A stretch of 63,822 bases of DNA, filler included, from Octopus bimaculoides (taxonomy: Eukaryota): NCBI RefSeq assembly GCF_001194135.2. It is 4 parts of 4 records of this genome, joined end to end, with 100 filler letters (N's around TTAATTAATTAA, not from the genome) between each part and the next. Parts side by side here need not be neighbours in the genome. Positions count along the whole stretch, not along the records: positions 1 to 30,323 come from NC_068999.1; 3 more parts are not named here. One strand, written 5' to 3'. Position numbers and translations under genes: made by a program. A model generated the notes under the pieces. That model was not told where the DNA came from, ran no database searches, and saw only the letters and a program-made list of their open reading frames with translations. Each line of letters starts with the position of its first letter. Positions within the stretch are counted from its first letter, which is position 1. Below, piece by piece: positions 13,836-26,930 of the stretch.

Positions 13836-14046
13836 GGCGGCGAGCTGGCAGAAGGGTTAGCACGCCGGGCGAAATGCTTACTGGTATTCCGCCCGTCGCT
13901 ACGTTCTGAGTTCAAATTCCGCTGAGGTCGACTTTGCTTTCATCCTTTCGTGGTCGATGAAATAAGTACCAGTTACGCACTGTGGTCGATGCAATCGACT
14001 ATCCCCCTCCCCCAAATTTCAGGCCTTGTGCCTATAGTAGAAAAGA
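13836..14046 (+). mobile_element. SINE family A, full length
   Basis: ggcggcgagctggcagaa (A-box-like), ctgagttcaaattcc (B-box-like), conserved core, and 3' tail ccccaaatttcaggccttgtgcctatagtagaaa. Confidence 0.9.
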
Positions 14047-14207
14047 TATCTACAACACCTCTAAAAGATGCATAAGGTTTCGACCAGATCTGCAAGACTT
14101 GTCAAAACTTGAATGTGTTTGCGCTCGAACCTGCTGGAAATATTCCCCAAAGCGTTATGACGTCTTATTCTACGATAATAAGAGGAAAGTACGCGTTGAA
14201 TAAAGTA

Positions 14208-14597
14208 CAGTGATACCTCGCAGAACGAGTTTTATTCGTTCTATGACTGAGCTCGTCTTACGATCTACTCGTTTTACAAATCAATTTTCCCCCCATTGAA
14301 ATTAAATAAAATATAATTAATCCATTCCAGCCCACCAAAAACCAATCAAAATTATTTTTATGTGCTTTAAAACAGAATAGGTGTAGTTACAAGTAAAATG
14401 ACAACTATAAAAAGAGAGAATGCAAAAGAAATATGTAAACTGGTTTTATTAACTGAATTACCTTAAAGTCTTGTACTGCGGATTTCCGCTCTTACTGCGA
14501 GTTTACACTCGTACTTCAAGACAAAGATTTGCACAAGTCTCGGCTCGTACAGCAAATTTCTCGTACAATGGTTCACTCGTACTGCGAGGTTCTACTG
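14208..14597. mobile_element. Tigger/pogo-like (Tc1/mariner superfamily) MITE
   Basis: TA|CAGTGATACCTCG ... CGAGGTTCTACTG|TA: terminal inverted repeats match at 10/13 positions with TA duplications. Repeated ctcgtac subterminal motifs lie in the right arm. Confidence 0.75.
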
Positions 14598-15212
14598 TAG
14601 TCTGAAAGTAGGCTTGTTCTGTCAAGTCTATTACTAATATCGTCTTACGACTGATATTAATTGTAGGTTTGATAAATCATGTGAGCAACAACGACGACAA
14701 CATCAACAACCGCAACAACAACAACAAATTGACATAAATGAAATGAAATAAATATAAGATTATGTGGTATAGAATCTATAAGTTCTTCGTGGTGGTAGGC
14801 GTAGTTAAAATGTTATCGATAGAGGAAGAAGGATAGGCAAAGCTGAACGGGAGAAATTTGGATTTACAAGGAAAAACGATGTAATTCCATTACCACAAAG
14901 CAAGGTGAAACGCCGACAGAATCATTAGAGCGTCGAAAAAAATCTTAGTGGTATTTCATCTGACATATTGGATGAATGAAAGGCGAAAGCTAGCTCGGGA
15001 GAAATTGGAACTCCAATCGTGAAATGCCAAAGGAGGGCGAAAAGTGATATGTAGCGCTCAATATCCCAAACAAGGCTCGAAACCGCTTCGTATGGACGTG
15101 ACCAGAAAACAGTCACAGACAAATGTCGGGAGAAGCTTTACACTACCCACTCAATCATATCATACACATCTACGCACATACACATCTACGCATACACATA
15201 TACCAACACAGA

Positions 15213-15255
<43 letters not shown>

Positions 15256-17059
15256 GAGAGGATCACGATTTAGTGAAAAATTCATTCTTGCCCGAATAAA
15301 CAACTTAAAATAATATTTATTTAATTAGATTTAATTAATATTTATAGTGTTTAAATGAAATGTGGCATTTTCTTCTGTGAATTTTCTCTCAGTCAAAATT
15401 TTGAAATTTTTAAGATTTTATTTTATTTCATTATATTTTATTTTTTATGTGACTATGTTTCCGTTCACCGCTTTCTTGACTTTCCGGGAGATTTTAAACT
15501 GCTTCAAAAGCAGAAACAAATATTTCATGTTTAACTTTTTTTTAATGGATAGTATGATCTCACAGTCTGAAATTTTTCTGAAAGAAAATATAGTGCAGCA
15601 GAGATATACATATATATATATATATATATATTTGTGTGCCTGTGTTTCGTAGCAGTATCTACTCAGATTTAGATGCAGTGCTTCATCAAGGATCTCATTT
15701 GAGCCCTCTAGAGTGTCAGCAATTGGTGAATGAAATATTTTCTAGCCTTAAGGAAGTGACGCGGTCCTAACCATGCTAAGAATGTGCTATCAACTGCAGA
15801 AATTCTTGGCAATAGGCAATAGCGAAGATCGACACATCCACTTAATTTCCTCACAAGTTCCGGAAATATTATTGATAATAATATACTGAAAATAAGTACG
15901 ATGGGATTGAGGGAACATTAAAAGTCCAAAGCAAGTTATTTTCTGATTTAGTTACGCCATTCTTCACAGTAAGCTCAAATCTCACAAACAAAGATTTAGC
16001 CTTTTGTCCATTCCTCTGTGCTGATACAGTTACAAATATCTATATGACGGTGTTGATTGTCTCAAATTTTATTTCTTACCCTTCACTAAGTATCTCCCTA
16101 TAAAAGTCAGAACTCTTTTGTCTATTGATACCTATACAATGAGCCGTGCAATCACACTTAAATAGTCTCTGTTTTACAATAATGTTTATATAAGGCTGAC
16201 GACTAAGAGAATCACTGGAGCGCCGAATAAAATGAATCGATGTATTCGATCATGCACCTTTTTTTTCTCTGAGAAATAATGTAATGAACAGAAAGTTCCT
16301 GTGTGATCGCATGAACAGCAATCGAAAATTTGATTGTTATTCGATCAACCAAATTTTCCATAAAACTGCACCATAATAGGAAAGGACTCATTAGATCTTA
16401 CGGTACAGCACATAGAAACAAAGGATTAATCATGGCTGGAACGCCTTGATTATTGATCTGATCGATCAGCGTTGACCTGGATCAAAGCGAAAATGAACAA
16501 CAAGAAATAACAAAGCCTGTCATGGTCTTCAAATCTTATTTTACAATTGGCAATAGTCTAAAATGCATAAAACACTAATTTGTAACACAGTCTTAAAAGC
16601 ATAATAATCGGTGGGAGAAAGAAGAAAAAGAGATAAGAAGAAAGAGAGAGGGGGAGGGGAGAGAGAGAGAGAGAGCAGTGGATCATATCAACATCAATAC
16701 AGAACTGTGAGTTATTTATCGATCTCCCACTGCTACTCCGTCTCTCTTGTATATTAAAACACAAAGTTCAGTTTAGGGGAAGGGTGCAAGACATTGTACT
16801 CGTTGCTCTACCGATCCTGAAATCTATATAATATCGATTTCTAAAATAAACACAAGATCTTGATCTCTGTACGATTCAATCATTACGGTGCAGTACATAT
16901 TTAGGACATATCTTATAGAACTTGATATGTTGAATACATTTTATAGTATAATTCCGATCAATTCTATCTTATTATACAGTAATATTAAATCGATTCTTTT
17001 ACTGGAAACTTATTTAATCAACCCAGGAAGAATTTTTTATTTTTGTAATTAAGACAGAC

Positions 17060-17210
17060 GGAGAGTAATTTCGAAGTGACGGGGTTAATAGATACAATTG
17101 ATCCCAGCACAAGCCTGGATCTGGTACCTCATTTTTACAACCTGCAGAGGGAGCAAAAGGCAAAGTTGACCTCAATGGGTTTTCGAAACAAATACCACAA
17201 AGCACTTTAT
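17060..17210 (-). mobile_element. SINE family A fragment, degenerate
   Basis: gatacaattgatcccagcac...ctggtacctcatttt...aaaaggcaaagttgacctc is the reverse complement of the family A core. Confidence 0.6.
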
Positions 17211-18277
17211 CCAAGGACTAATGGTTGTGCCAATCCAAAACTTTGGATTGGCACAATCCAATATAATGTAAAGTTGACTTCTACAAGATTTGAAATACGA
17301 AAAGCTAGAACAAAGAGCATGATGCATTTTGTCAGACGTGTTCCAACGATTCTGCTAATTAATTACGTTGCAAACCCTGGAACACTAAAAGGCAAAGTGG
17401 AACTCAGCAGGATCTGATGAAAGATGTTCGGAAAGCGACGTTACCAAAATGTATCAGAACACACACCACTTTCATCCATTCTTAAACGTTGACTTCAAAT
17501 TTTGGTACAAGACCAGCAATTTCGAAATCGATCTCGACGGGATTATCCAATCTTAAATATTAATTATTCATACAAGATTAATGTAAATATTTGTGGTCAC
17601 CCTGGCTGTAGTATAACAAAGCAATGATTGCTGTGTAACACCACTCTTCGAGTTCAAATTTCCAAACAGATTATTTTGTTGCACGAATGACGTAATAAAG
17701 AGATATTTTGAAAACAAAAACGAAATTAGATAAAAAAATGTTGTTTACTTTCCGTTTATTTATATTTGTTTAATTTTTTTCTTTTCTTTTGCTTTCTGTT
17801 TTACCTGCGACAGTGGCAGATATCAAGTTTATATGTGCTTTGTGTTCTTTTATAACTTTCTGGGGTTTTTTTTTTTCGATGTTATTCTTCCAAGAGTTGG
17901 CCTTGTTAGAACTAGTTTTCTTGTTCTGCTTTTTTANNNNNNNNNNNNNNNNNNNNNNNNNNNNNNNNNNNNNNNNNNNNNNNNNNNNNNNNNNNNNNNN
18001 NNNNNNNNNNNNNNNNNNNNNNNNNNNNNNNNNNNNNNNNNNNNNNNNNNNNNNNNNNNNNNNNNNNNNNNNNNNNNNNNNNNNNNNNNNNNNNNNNNNN
18101 NNATCTTTTTATATTTTCATTTATAATTATTTGTCAGTTTTTCTAAATGTGGTAGCCATTGGCGGGAGAATAACGAAAATAGAGGATGTTGAGGATGCTG
18201 TTATCATTTAAACCCGGGTTGTCTCAGATTGAGCAAATTTATGATGAAATGCGTCTTATCTAAGTCCATTGTGTGAA

Positions 18278-18595
18278 GGTGCGTGGCTCAGTGGTTAGGG
18301 CATTCGGCTGACGATCGTAAGGTCGTGAGTTCAATTCCTGGCGACGCGTTGTGTCCTTGAACAAGACACTTTATTCCACGTTGCTCCAATCCACTCAGCT
18401 GGCAAAAATGAGTAGTACCTGTATTTCAAAGGGCCAGCCCTATCACATTGTGTGTCACGCTGAATCTCCCGGAGAACTAAGTTAGGAGTACACGTGACTG
18501 TGGAGTGCTCAGCCACTTGCACGTTAATTTCACGAGCAAGCTGTTCTATTGATCGTATCAGCTGAGACCCTTGTCCTCGTAACCGACGGAGTGCT
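18278..18595 (+). mobile_element. tRNA-derived CORE-type SINE (family C), full length
   Basis: A box tggctcagtgg (18284-18294), B box gagttcaattcc (18327-18338), then the CORE-like tgtgtccttgaacaagacactttattccacgttgctccaatccactcagctgg. A second fragment lies at 61690-61765. Confidence 0.85.
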
Positions 18596-18622
18596 CCTAT
18601 ACATGTATATATACATACATAC

Positions 18623-18660
<38 letters not shown>

Positions 18661-18894
18661 ATATATACATATACACATATATAAACTTGTAGTGCAATAT
18701 ATTGATTCAAGAAACCCCGTGGCAATCATAGAGAAGCTCTTCTTGCGGAATCGGCAAACTGACCACATAGTAATCCAGTAATCCAATACGGAGGAGTATT
18801 GTGTAGAGTTTTATGTAGCCTGAAATCCTGGAGAACCAATCTATGAAATTATTTCATGAAGAGTGCATTGACCATAAAAAAAGTGGGGAGGTAT

Positions 18895-18904
18895 GAGCAG
18901 CAGT

Positions 18905-18968
<64 letters not shown>

Positions 18969-19096
18969 ACAACAACAGTAGTAGTAGTAGTAGTAACAAC
19001 AACAGTAGTAGTAGTAGTAGTAACAACAACAGTAGTAGTGAAAACAGCAGTGGCGGCAGTAGTAGTAGTAGTAGTAATAGTAGTAGTAGTAGTAGC

Positions 19097-19143
<47 letters not shown>

Positions 19144-19152
19144 TAGTAGTAG
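18895..19152. repeat. Compound trinucleotide tract (AGC/AGT/AAC) with a 24-nt higher-order unit
   Basis: aacaacaacagtagtagtagtagt repeats three times within the tract. Confidence 0.9.
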
Positions 19153-19393
19153 TTGACGTTGCTTTGTCACGTAATGAATTTGATTGTGTTTGTGTGCGTT
19201 CGAGGATGTGTAAATGTTTCATCACACCTCTGTGTGTGTGTCTGTGTGTGTGTGTGTGTGTATGTTTGTATGTATGTGTGTGCAGTAGCTGCAAATGTTG
19301 CTGTTTTTCTTTTTTCCTATTATGTTTCTTTTTTTTTTTCGTTTGTTCTTTTTTATTTTGCTCTTCTTTATATTCATGCCTTCTATTTCTTTC

Positions 19394-19425
<32 letters not shown>

Positions 19426-19611
19426 TTACTCTTCTTATCTCACCGCACCATCCCTGCCACTGCCTTCTCAATTAATTTCGTTTCGGTCTCTTTTTTTTTC
19501 TTCTTTGTATTTTATTGTAATTATTCATTTTTTTGCAACCAACGAATCGCTTGACCAACAAACCATATAAACTTTAATACAGAGGCTCAGCATGGAATAT
19601 CAAAAACTATG

Positions 19612-19678
<67 letters not shown>

Positions 19679-19688
19679 TAACAATAAC

Positions 19689-19726
<38 letters not shown>

Positions 19727-19736
19727 CAACAACAAC

Positions 19737-19774
<38 letters not shown>

Positions 19775-20532
19775 TGATGATGATGATGATGATGATGATA
19801 TTAACAACAACAATAATGATGATGATGATTATGATGATGATGATGAGGATGCTGATGATGATGATGAATAAAGAATATGAAGGAAGAAAACAAAGAAAAA
19901 GAAGAGAAAGCGGGTAGGGGAAGGAAAAGTGTTCTGATCATCGGTTAACTGTGATTTCTAATGACCTTTAATTAATCAATGTATTATTTTACCTCCTGGT
20001 CACTCACTGGAAAAGATGGCAACATTATCAAGTCAATATTATTTAAAGAAAAAGAAAACAAAATAAAATATTATATAAATAAATGAATAAAACACAAGAA
20101 ATGCTGTTTTAATCTAACGGCCAAAGTCGCATTACGCCATTTCTGGAGACGTGGAGTGCTGTGTTAGGGAGGCGGGGTACTGTTTTGTTAGTAATTACAG
20201 GTTTTGATTACTTTCATATTTTTTTTTACTTGTTTTGGAGTGTATATATGTGTGTATGCTTCATTTTGTATTTTTGCTTTTCTTGTTGGTGTATTTTGTG
20301 GCATTTGTTTGCGGATTTTTCTGTATATTGATGTTGGTGATGTTGTTCGTCGTGATACAGAAGGAACATGTAGAAAACATGGTTCGACGCTGGTGATTTG
20401 TTTTTTTTTTATATATATTTTTTCTATAATTTATATTATTGGAAATTTACGTTCTGAGTTCAAGTCCTTGCTCTTCTGCATCAATCGGATTCAAATATCG
20501 ACACAAGGTCAGTAACTTCAAAAGTATTCAAT

Positions 20533-20860
20533 TCCTCGACGGAATTTGAACTCAGATAGCGAACACTGACGAAACGTAGCGAAGCAGTTTGTCAGACATG
20601 CTAACGATACTACCAGCTTGCCCGCCATTACACTTGCTCCTAAATTCTTTCTATTATAGGCATAACACCCGAAATTTGGAGAGAGGGGATTGGTCGATTA
20701 CATCGACCCCAGTGCTCGATTAGTACTTATTTTATCGACCCCGTAAAGATGAAAGGGAATGTAAACCTCGGCGGAATTAAAACACAGAATGTAAAGAAGA
20801 ACAAAATGCAGCTAAGGAGTTTGTCCAGCGTGGTAACGATTTTCACAGTTCGTCTCTTTC
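20533..20860 (-). mobile_element. Two adjacent SINE family A copies (5' fragment plus near-full-length degenerate copy)
   Basis: ggaatttgaactcag...gctaacgatactaccagcttgcccgcc and gattacatcgaccccagtg...tagtacttattttatcgacccc. Confidence 0.75.
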
Positions 20861-22475
20861 GCTCTTGTAACGGAATTTTAAAAAAAACACTTATTAGTAG
20901 TAAGGATTTTATGGAAAAGGGTGATAGTCATAATAGTAGTGGGGTGGGGATGTCGATGGTAGTTTTATTGGTGGTGATGATGATGATGTGAACTATGGAC
21001 AAATGTAAAAGAAAATTCTGAAGCGAGCAAACTGCAAAAAAAAAAGATGTTACTGATCTCTCGCCAACAAAATGGCTGCTTTCATTGACCGCTCGAACGA
21101 GAATCCATTACTTACACATTGTGTTTGTCATTAAAGTCACCAATGTGCAGTCCTCAACCCCCGGTGACACAAGACTGACTCTATTGCAAGCAATCCACTG
21201 GATATTCTACCTGTCTTCCCAAACATCGTCCTTTTACATGACAAATTTCCAAATCATTGCGGCTGTCCTCGGCGTTAAGAACAACCTGATTATAGAACTA
21301 ATGAAATATGCTGGAGCCGCTACGTGTTTGCTTGGTCTGGAAGAAAGACGAGCCAAATGAGTTAATTATCAGCAGACAGACATGAGCTTTCATGGATTGT
21401 CGTCATTGTTTTCTGGAGAGGTGGTCAGCTTTGATTGAAAAACGCTTTTCAAGCCATGATCATCACTTTTTATTTTCTAATGCTTCGAGGCGTGACTTGA
21501 GAGGTATTTGGCTTTCATTTTTAGCAGGTCGATGTACCACACAGACGCCGCGTAGTTAGTGTTGGGTTTTCCTATTTGTTGCTGCTGCACCGATGCGAAA
21601 AGGTAGCAGGGCTTAGCCGAGGGTTACTTGAGTTTTGTGGAGTATCAACTACTGATCAAATTCGAAATATTATTTGACTCCAAAGAGAAAAAAACAAATG
21701 CTATTTTTGGGAGCACAGATTTAGATAAAGTTTACCTATATAGGTCCACACAGAGATTTTGTAGTTTAGCGTCGGTAGCGACATTGAGAACTTTGAATTA
21801 CATGCTATCTTAGACGTAAGGTGAAATAGTACAAGATTGTTTCTTTGATATGAACAACGTTTGTCTCTATATCTTGTGATGGAGGTATTTCTGTTCTTAA
21901 TAATGTACATGCGTAATGTAGTTCAGCATTTAATCAATTATATTAATCCTAATGATACAAGGTGCCGCAGAGCATAGCGTAGGTTTCTCTCTAAGATCAA
22001 TATGCCTGTCTGTATTGATTACTGATGACGTTTGAAGCCAATTCACTTCGTTTACACAGTTAATCATGCTGTGAATGAAATAAATATCATCCATCTTTAT
22101 CGCTTCTTGACAAAATTTTGTAGAATTGCGTCTAATTAGGAATTAATTATTCATCCTCGAGATATGAAACAAAGTCTTCCTTTTACTCCTTCTCTCCCTC
22201 TCTCTTCCTTCTTCCTCTCCCTTCTTCTCTCTCTATCTCTTTCTCTCCCTCTCTCTAGTGCTCTCTCTGTCTTTCTTTCACTTTCTCTAAATTTACGAAG
22301 TAGTTCTCCTAAAAACCCCTGATTAGCTGACGCCGGTTTCACGGAGTTTAGCTGGCAAAGAAAATTGATCTTCTGGGTGGAATGCAAGCGACTACGGTTG
22401 ATAAATTATATAAATTTCTTTATTCATATTTCGAGCAAATAGTAATAGCTAGGATTACGTCACCTTCATCGACTC

Positions 22476-22625
22476 CCCACCACCACAACCACTACCACAA
22501 TCCACCCCACCACCACTACCACAATCCACCCCACCACCACANNNNNNNNNNCCACCACAACAACCACTACCACAATCCACCCCACCACCACTACCACAAT
22601 CCACCCCACCACCACAACCACCACT
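22476..22625. repeat. 24-bp minisatellite caccaccactaccacaatccaccc
   Basis: At least four copies, interrupted by a 10-N gap. Confidence 0.9.
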
Positions 22626-23235
22626 ACCATAACTACCGCTACTGCCATTTATTCTATTCACAGATATCTAATTCAATATCTATAACTTTGGGATTAAATT
22701 CAAAGTCCACGGCAATTGGAAACAAATTCAGAAAGATAAAACAGTGATTTAGCAGTCTTCAAACATCGCCAATCTTCCTCGTCCATGTACACTTGACCGT
22801 CTTCACTGGACAGTCTAGTCTGACCTGGTACAAAGGAGAGTTTATTAATGAAGATCAAAGCAAAATGATCCGAAATAAGGACCCAGCATTGTAGACCTGC
22901 GAAATAATCTCATATTTGAGTGAACTTTAGAAAAAAAATGGTGATAGTAGAGGTGATATTGAGGTTGGTGGGGTGAGGGTTGGTGGCGGTGATGTTGATG
23001 GTCGTGGTGGTGGTAGAGGGGGTTTTGAAGATGATGGTGAATGTAGTTGCGGATGGGCATGGTGGTAATAGTCGCACAGGAAATGGTAGTGGTGAGGGCG
23101 GCGGGCAGAGGGGAACTATAGACCTGGAATTTTTGGACAGTTAGTGATGTTATTTCATCATTTCTTTCGTAACTAAAACCAATATAACAACATACATACA
23201 TACATACATGCATACAAACACACATACACATATAT

Positions 23236-23375
23236 GAAGGGCTTCTTTTAGTTTCCATCCACAACATCCACTCATAAGGCTTTGGTCGGTCCGAGGCAAT
23301 AGTGGAAGAAACTCACCCGAGGTGCCACGCAGTGGGAGTGAAACCGGAGCCATGCGGTCGTATTGAAAATCCTTA
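23236..23375 (-). mobile_element. SINE family B head/CORE half, flanked on its 3' side by CA/TA microsatellite
   Basis: ccactcataaggctttggtcggtccgaggcaatagtggaag...gtgccacgcagtgggagtgaaacc matches the reverse complement of 49526-49690. Confidence 0.8.
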
Positions 23376-23598
23376 CCTGCTTCAGTAATTAGACAATGGC
23401 CATGCTGGGGCACCGCTTTGAAGGGTTTAGTCGAACAAATTGACCCCAGGACTTATTTTCATAGGTTTCTTTTGCATTACCGCTAAGTTACAAGAACATA
23501 CACATACAAACACCGGTTGTTAAGTGTTGATGGGGGACAAATACATACAGAAACACATGCACGCACGCACGCACACACACACATATATACACACACAC

Positions 23599-23645
<47 letters not shown>

Positions 23646-23919
23646 NNNNNNNNNNNNNNNNNNNNNNNNNNNNNNNNNNNNNNNNNNNNNNNNNNNNNNN
23701 NNNNNNNNNNNNNNNNNNNNNNNNNNNNNNNNNNNNNNNNNNNNNNNNNNNNNNATATATATGTATATATATATATACAACGGGCTTCTTTCAGTTTCCG
23801 TTTACTAAACCCACTCACAAGCCTTTGGTCGGCCCCGAGCTAATCAACGTACCACGAAATGGGACTGAACGCGGACCCATGTGGTTGAGAAACAAGCTTC
23901 TTACCACATAGCCACGCTT
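23375..23919 (-). mobile_element. Composite SINE family B: tRNA head + partial CORE + internal (TA)n/(TG)n microsatellite + tail module D
   Basis: Read on the minus strand: head tggctatgtggt...gcgttcagtcc (23919-23779), microsatellite with gap (23778-23550), tail tttgtcccccatc...cttagcggtaa...ggggtcaatttgttcgact...gcggtgccccagcatggcc (23550-23375). Confidence 0.75.
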
Positions 23920-25624
23920 GTGTCTATAGAAGATATTTTTAATAACACAATTTTTAAATGTGTTCATAACATCATAATTATTGAAATCTTAATGCTGGTA
24001 ATTAAATGAATTTCTAACTTCAGATCTAAGTATATAATTTAAAATATAATTGAAAGAGTTTTGGAAATGTGTTTGTCTAGCAAGTTACTTGGTTCGGAGT
24101 CATATGTCGCAAATGAGACAATTACACAGTAGAAAAGTCAGCCATTTTAGTTATTTACAAACACGAAACTGTGAAATTCACTTTTCGTTTATTTCTTGGT
24201 GTCAAATTTTGACACCACAAGAAAGATACGAAAAGGAAATTTAAGATTTTCTCTGGTTTTTAAGTGGCTAAAATTGCTCTTCTACTATGTAGTTAATTCA
24301 AAATAAATTAAAACAGTTTATTATTTAGCCATAAAATATATGATGAAATAATTCTGTTTTATTGTACTTTTTACTAAAACTAAACCTCAAAATTTACGTT
24401 ATATGTATTTAAAATGTTTAATTCAATAGATAATTAATAAATATATATTTATAATTTATACAAAAATTAAATTGCTGTAATATAAGTAAATAAAATACTG
24501 AAATTATTTCTTAAGATATCGCATAATTTTATTTAAAAAAAAAAACAGAAAAAAATTTCAATTCCATTGTCAACATTACTCACATTTTTTAAAGTGCTTT
24601 AGGCAACCCTATGAATACCCTAAGGCTTCTGTAAACGGGCACATAAATTGCCTTACGTGACCCTGTGAGTTACCTGACGCTTTTCTAGGTGTACATACGT
24701 ATTACGTTGGGCGCATGTGTTTATTTATAACAAAATACTAAAAGTTGTGTTTGGAATATTTTTCAATAACAAAACTTTTACATATGTCGTCTTTCATAAT
24801 TTATGGACAACTGTTTTTTATACCCTGTAATATTAGTACTAGATTCTTGATTTATTATTTCATATACGAAGTATAAATTCTGTGAATTTATATTTGAATG
24901 AAAAAATAAAGCAATAATTACTTCAAAATTATCAAACTTACTTGACATGAAATTATACATAAAATATAGTTTTGCTGTCATAACAATGAACTTATTTAAA
25001 AATCAAGGAAAATATATAAGCTTTCAAACGAAGCCACATACCCTGGTATTACCATAAAAATATCGATTAATTCCACGTTTATCTAACGAAACAAAATATA
25101 AATATATGCTAAAAAGATGATGCAGTAAAATCGATTCTTTGTATTATGAAGCCGAAGGTCCAGCTCAAAAACGCACAGTCGAGGGCCCAGTTCAAAAACG
25201 CATGGCAAGTCTTGTGTAAGACAGTTCGTTAAACATTGCTCCACTCAACATGAGTATCCACATCAGCTGTAGGTCATCTTTACAACTGACTTGTGTCCAA
25301 TCCTGTGGGACGGAGAGCTTTCACGGATAGGAATAACGAGGACCCGATGTTTAATTTCTGTTTTAGAAAGTTTATTATGATACTTCGATTTGCCCCATAG
25401 GCCTAGTCAGGATAAAGAATGATTGGATTTTAACACATACATGGGTTTCCAAATTAGGAGAATCACATAGTCGGTTCAATAAATCTCCAGATGAATGTAT
25501 GATGTATTGTTTTATCAAACGCTGATTTATGTACGGCAACGTTGACCCTGGTGGTATTTGAACTCAAGATTTGGAGGTTGTGTTTTACAGTCGACTAAAT
25601 AAATCCCCCTAGGGTTTACTCTCA

Positions 25625-25800
25625 TGCGACGCAGCAGCGATGGACTGGAAGAATCCTCGTAGCAGGCCCCGCGTCACATGGTTGGATGTGATTGAGGAAG
25701 ATCTCCAGACACTCGACAAACACTTGGAGGATGCAGAGGGGCTGGCACGGGACTCCCAGCGATGGAGGGCACTGGTTGGCCTGGCCGGTTCTATGCATGA
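25625..25800 (+). mobile_element. RTE-clade LINE, C-terminal end of ORF (5'-truncated copy)
   Basis: WKNPRSRPRVTWLDVIEEDL...LARDSQRWRALV resembles the RTE C-terminal RPxGRPxxTW...ARDRxxWR motif. Confidence 0.8.
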
Positions 25801-26295
25801 TAATTCCTCGGGGACCAGTAATTTGGAATGACCCACCCCCCAATCTCATCAAGCAAGATCATGGAGGAGAAGCAGCAAGTTGAAGCGAATAAACCAGAGT
25901 TAATGACTGATATGACATCAATCATGGGATGATGAAAGGCAAAGATGATTCCGATGGCATTTCAAAATACAGTCTAATAAAATCACAGCAAAATAGAATA
26001 AGCCATTTGCAAAGCTATTTTACCACTTTTACACTCTTTTACACAAACCCAATATTTAGAACACNNNNNNNNNNNNNNNNNNNNNNNNNNNNNNNNNNNN
26101 NNNNNNNNNNNNNNNNNNNNNNNNNNNNNNNNNNNNNNNNNNNNNNNNNNNNNNNNNNNNNNNNNNNNNNNNNNNNNNNNNNNNNNNNNNNNNNNNNNNN
26201 NNNNNNNNNNNNNNNNNNNNNNNNNNNNNNNNNNNNNNNNNNNNNNNNNNNNNNNNNNNNNNNNNNNNNNNNNNNNNNNNNNNNNNNNNNNNNNN

Positions 26296-26360
<65 letters not shown>

Positions 26361-26530
26361 TGTAATGTTATAGTTCCAGTTTTTCTATATTATTTATATA
26401 TTTTCCAAGTAGCGTATTTTTTCATATCTTTGATTACGAATTCCCATCAGTTCGAAAATACATAAAAGGTGTTAATATTCTTTTATCCACTTTTAATTGT
26501 TTTTTACTTATTATTACTATAATAATAATA

Positions 26531-26590
<60 letters not shown>

Positions 26591-26930
26591 GTTATTACTA
26601 ATACTGATATTAATGTAGCTGAAGTGAAGGTGGTGGAGGTGGTGCTAATGGCGGTGGGCAGAATCCAGTTGAGATGTTTGGTCGTTTACTGTTATATGCG
26701 TCAACATTAAAAGCTTTTGTTTATATTGATTTATATTTTGGGTTTTGATGTTGCTTTCATTGTTGTTATTGCTATCGTGTAAAGATTTCTAACTGTTGCA
26801 TATGTGTTCGCACCAGGAGTGAAAGAAAGAAGGCTCGGATTTGTCACCTCCGTGTATTAGAGAGCCCCGGGCAAATTCCGGTGATCAATGATGCTTTGTT
26901 TTGAAACCCGTACACACAGGTGCGTACATA

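Noticed and set aside
18278-18345. tRNA gene
   Set aside because: A and B boxes are present, but the sequence runs into a CORE-type SINE body with no acceptor-stem closure or poly-T terminator.
18841-19917. Poly-Ser, poly-Thr, poly-Leu and poly-Ile ORFs
   Set aside because: Translations of trinucleotide microsatellites, open in several frames on both strands, with no splice or domain support.
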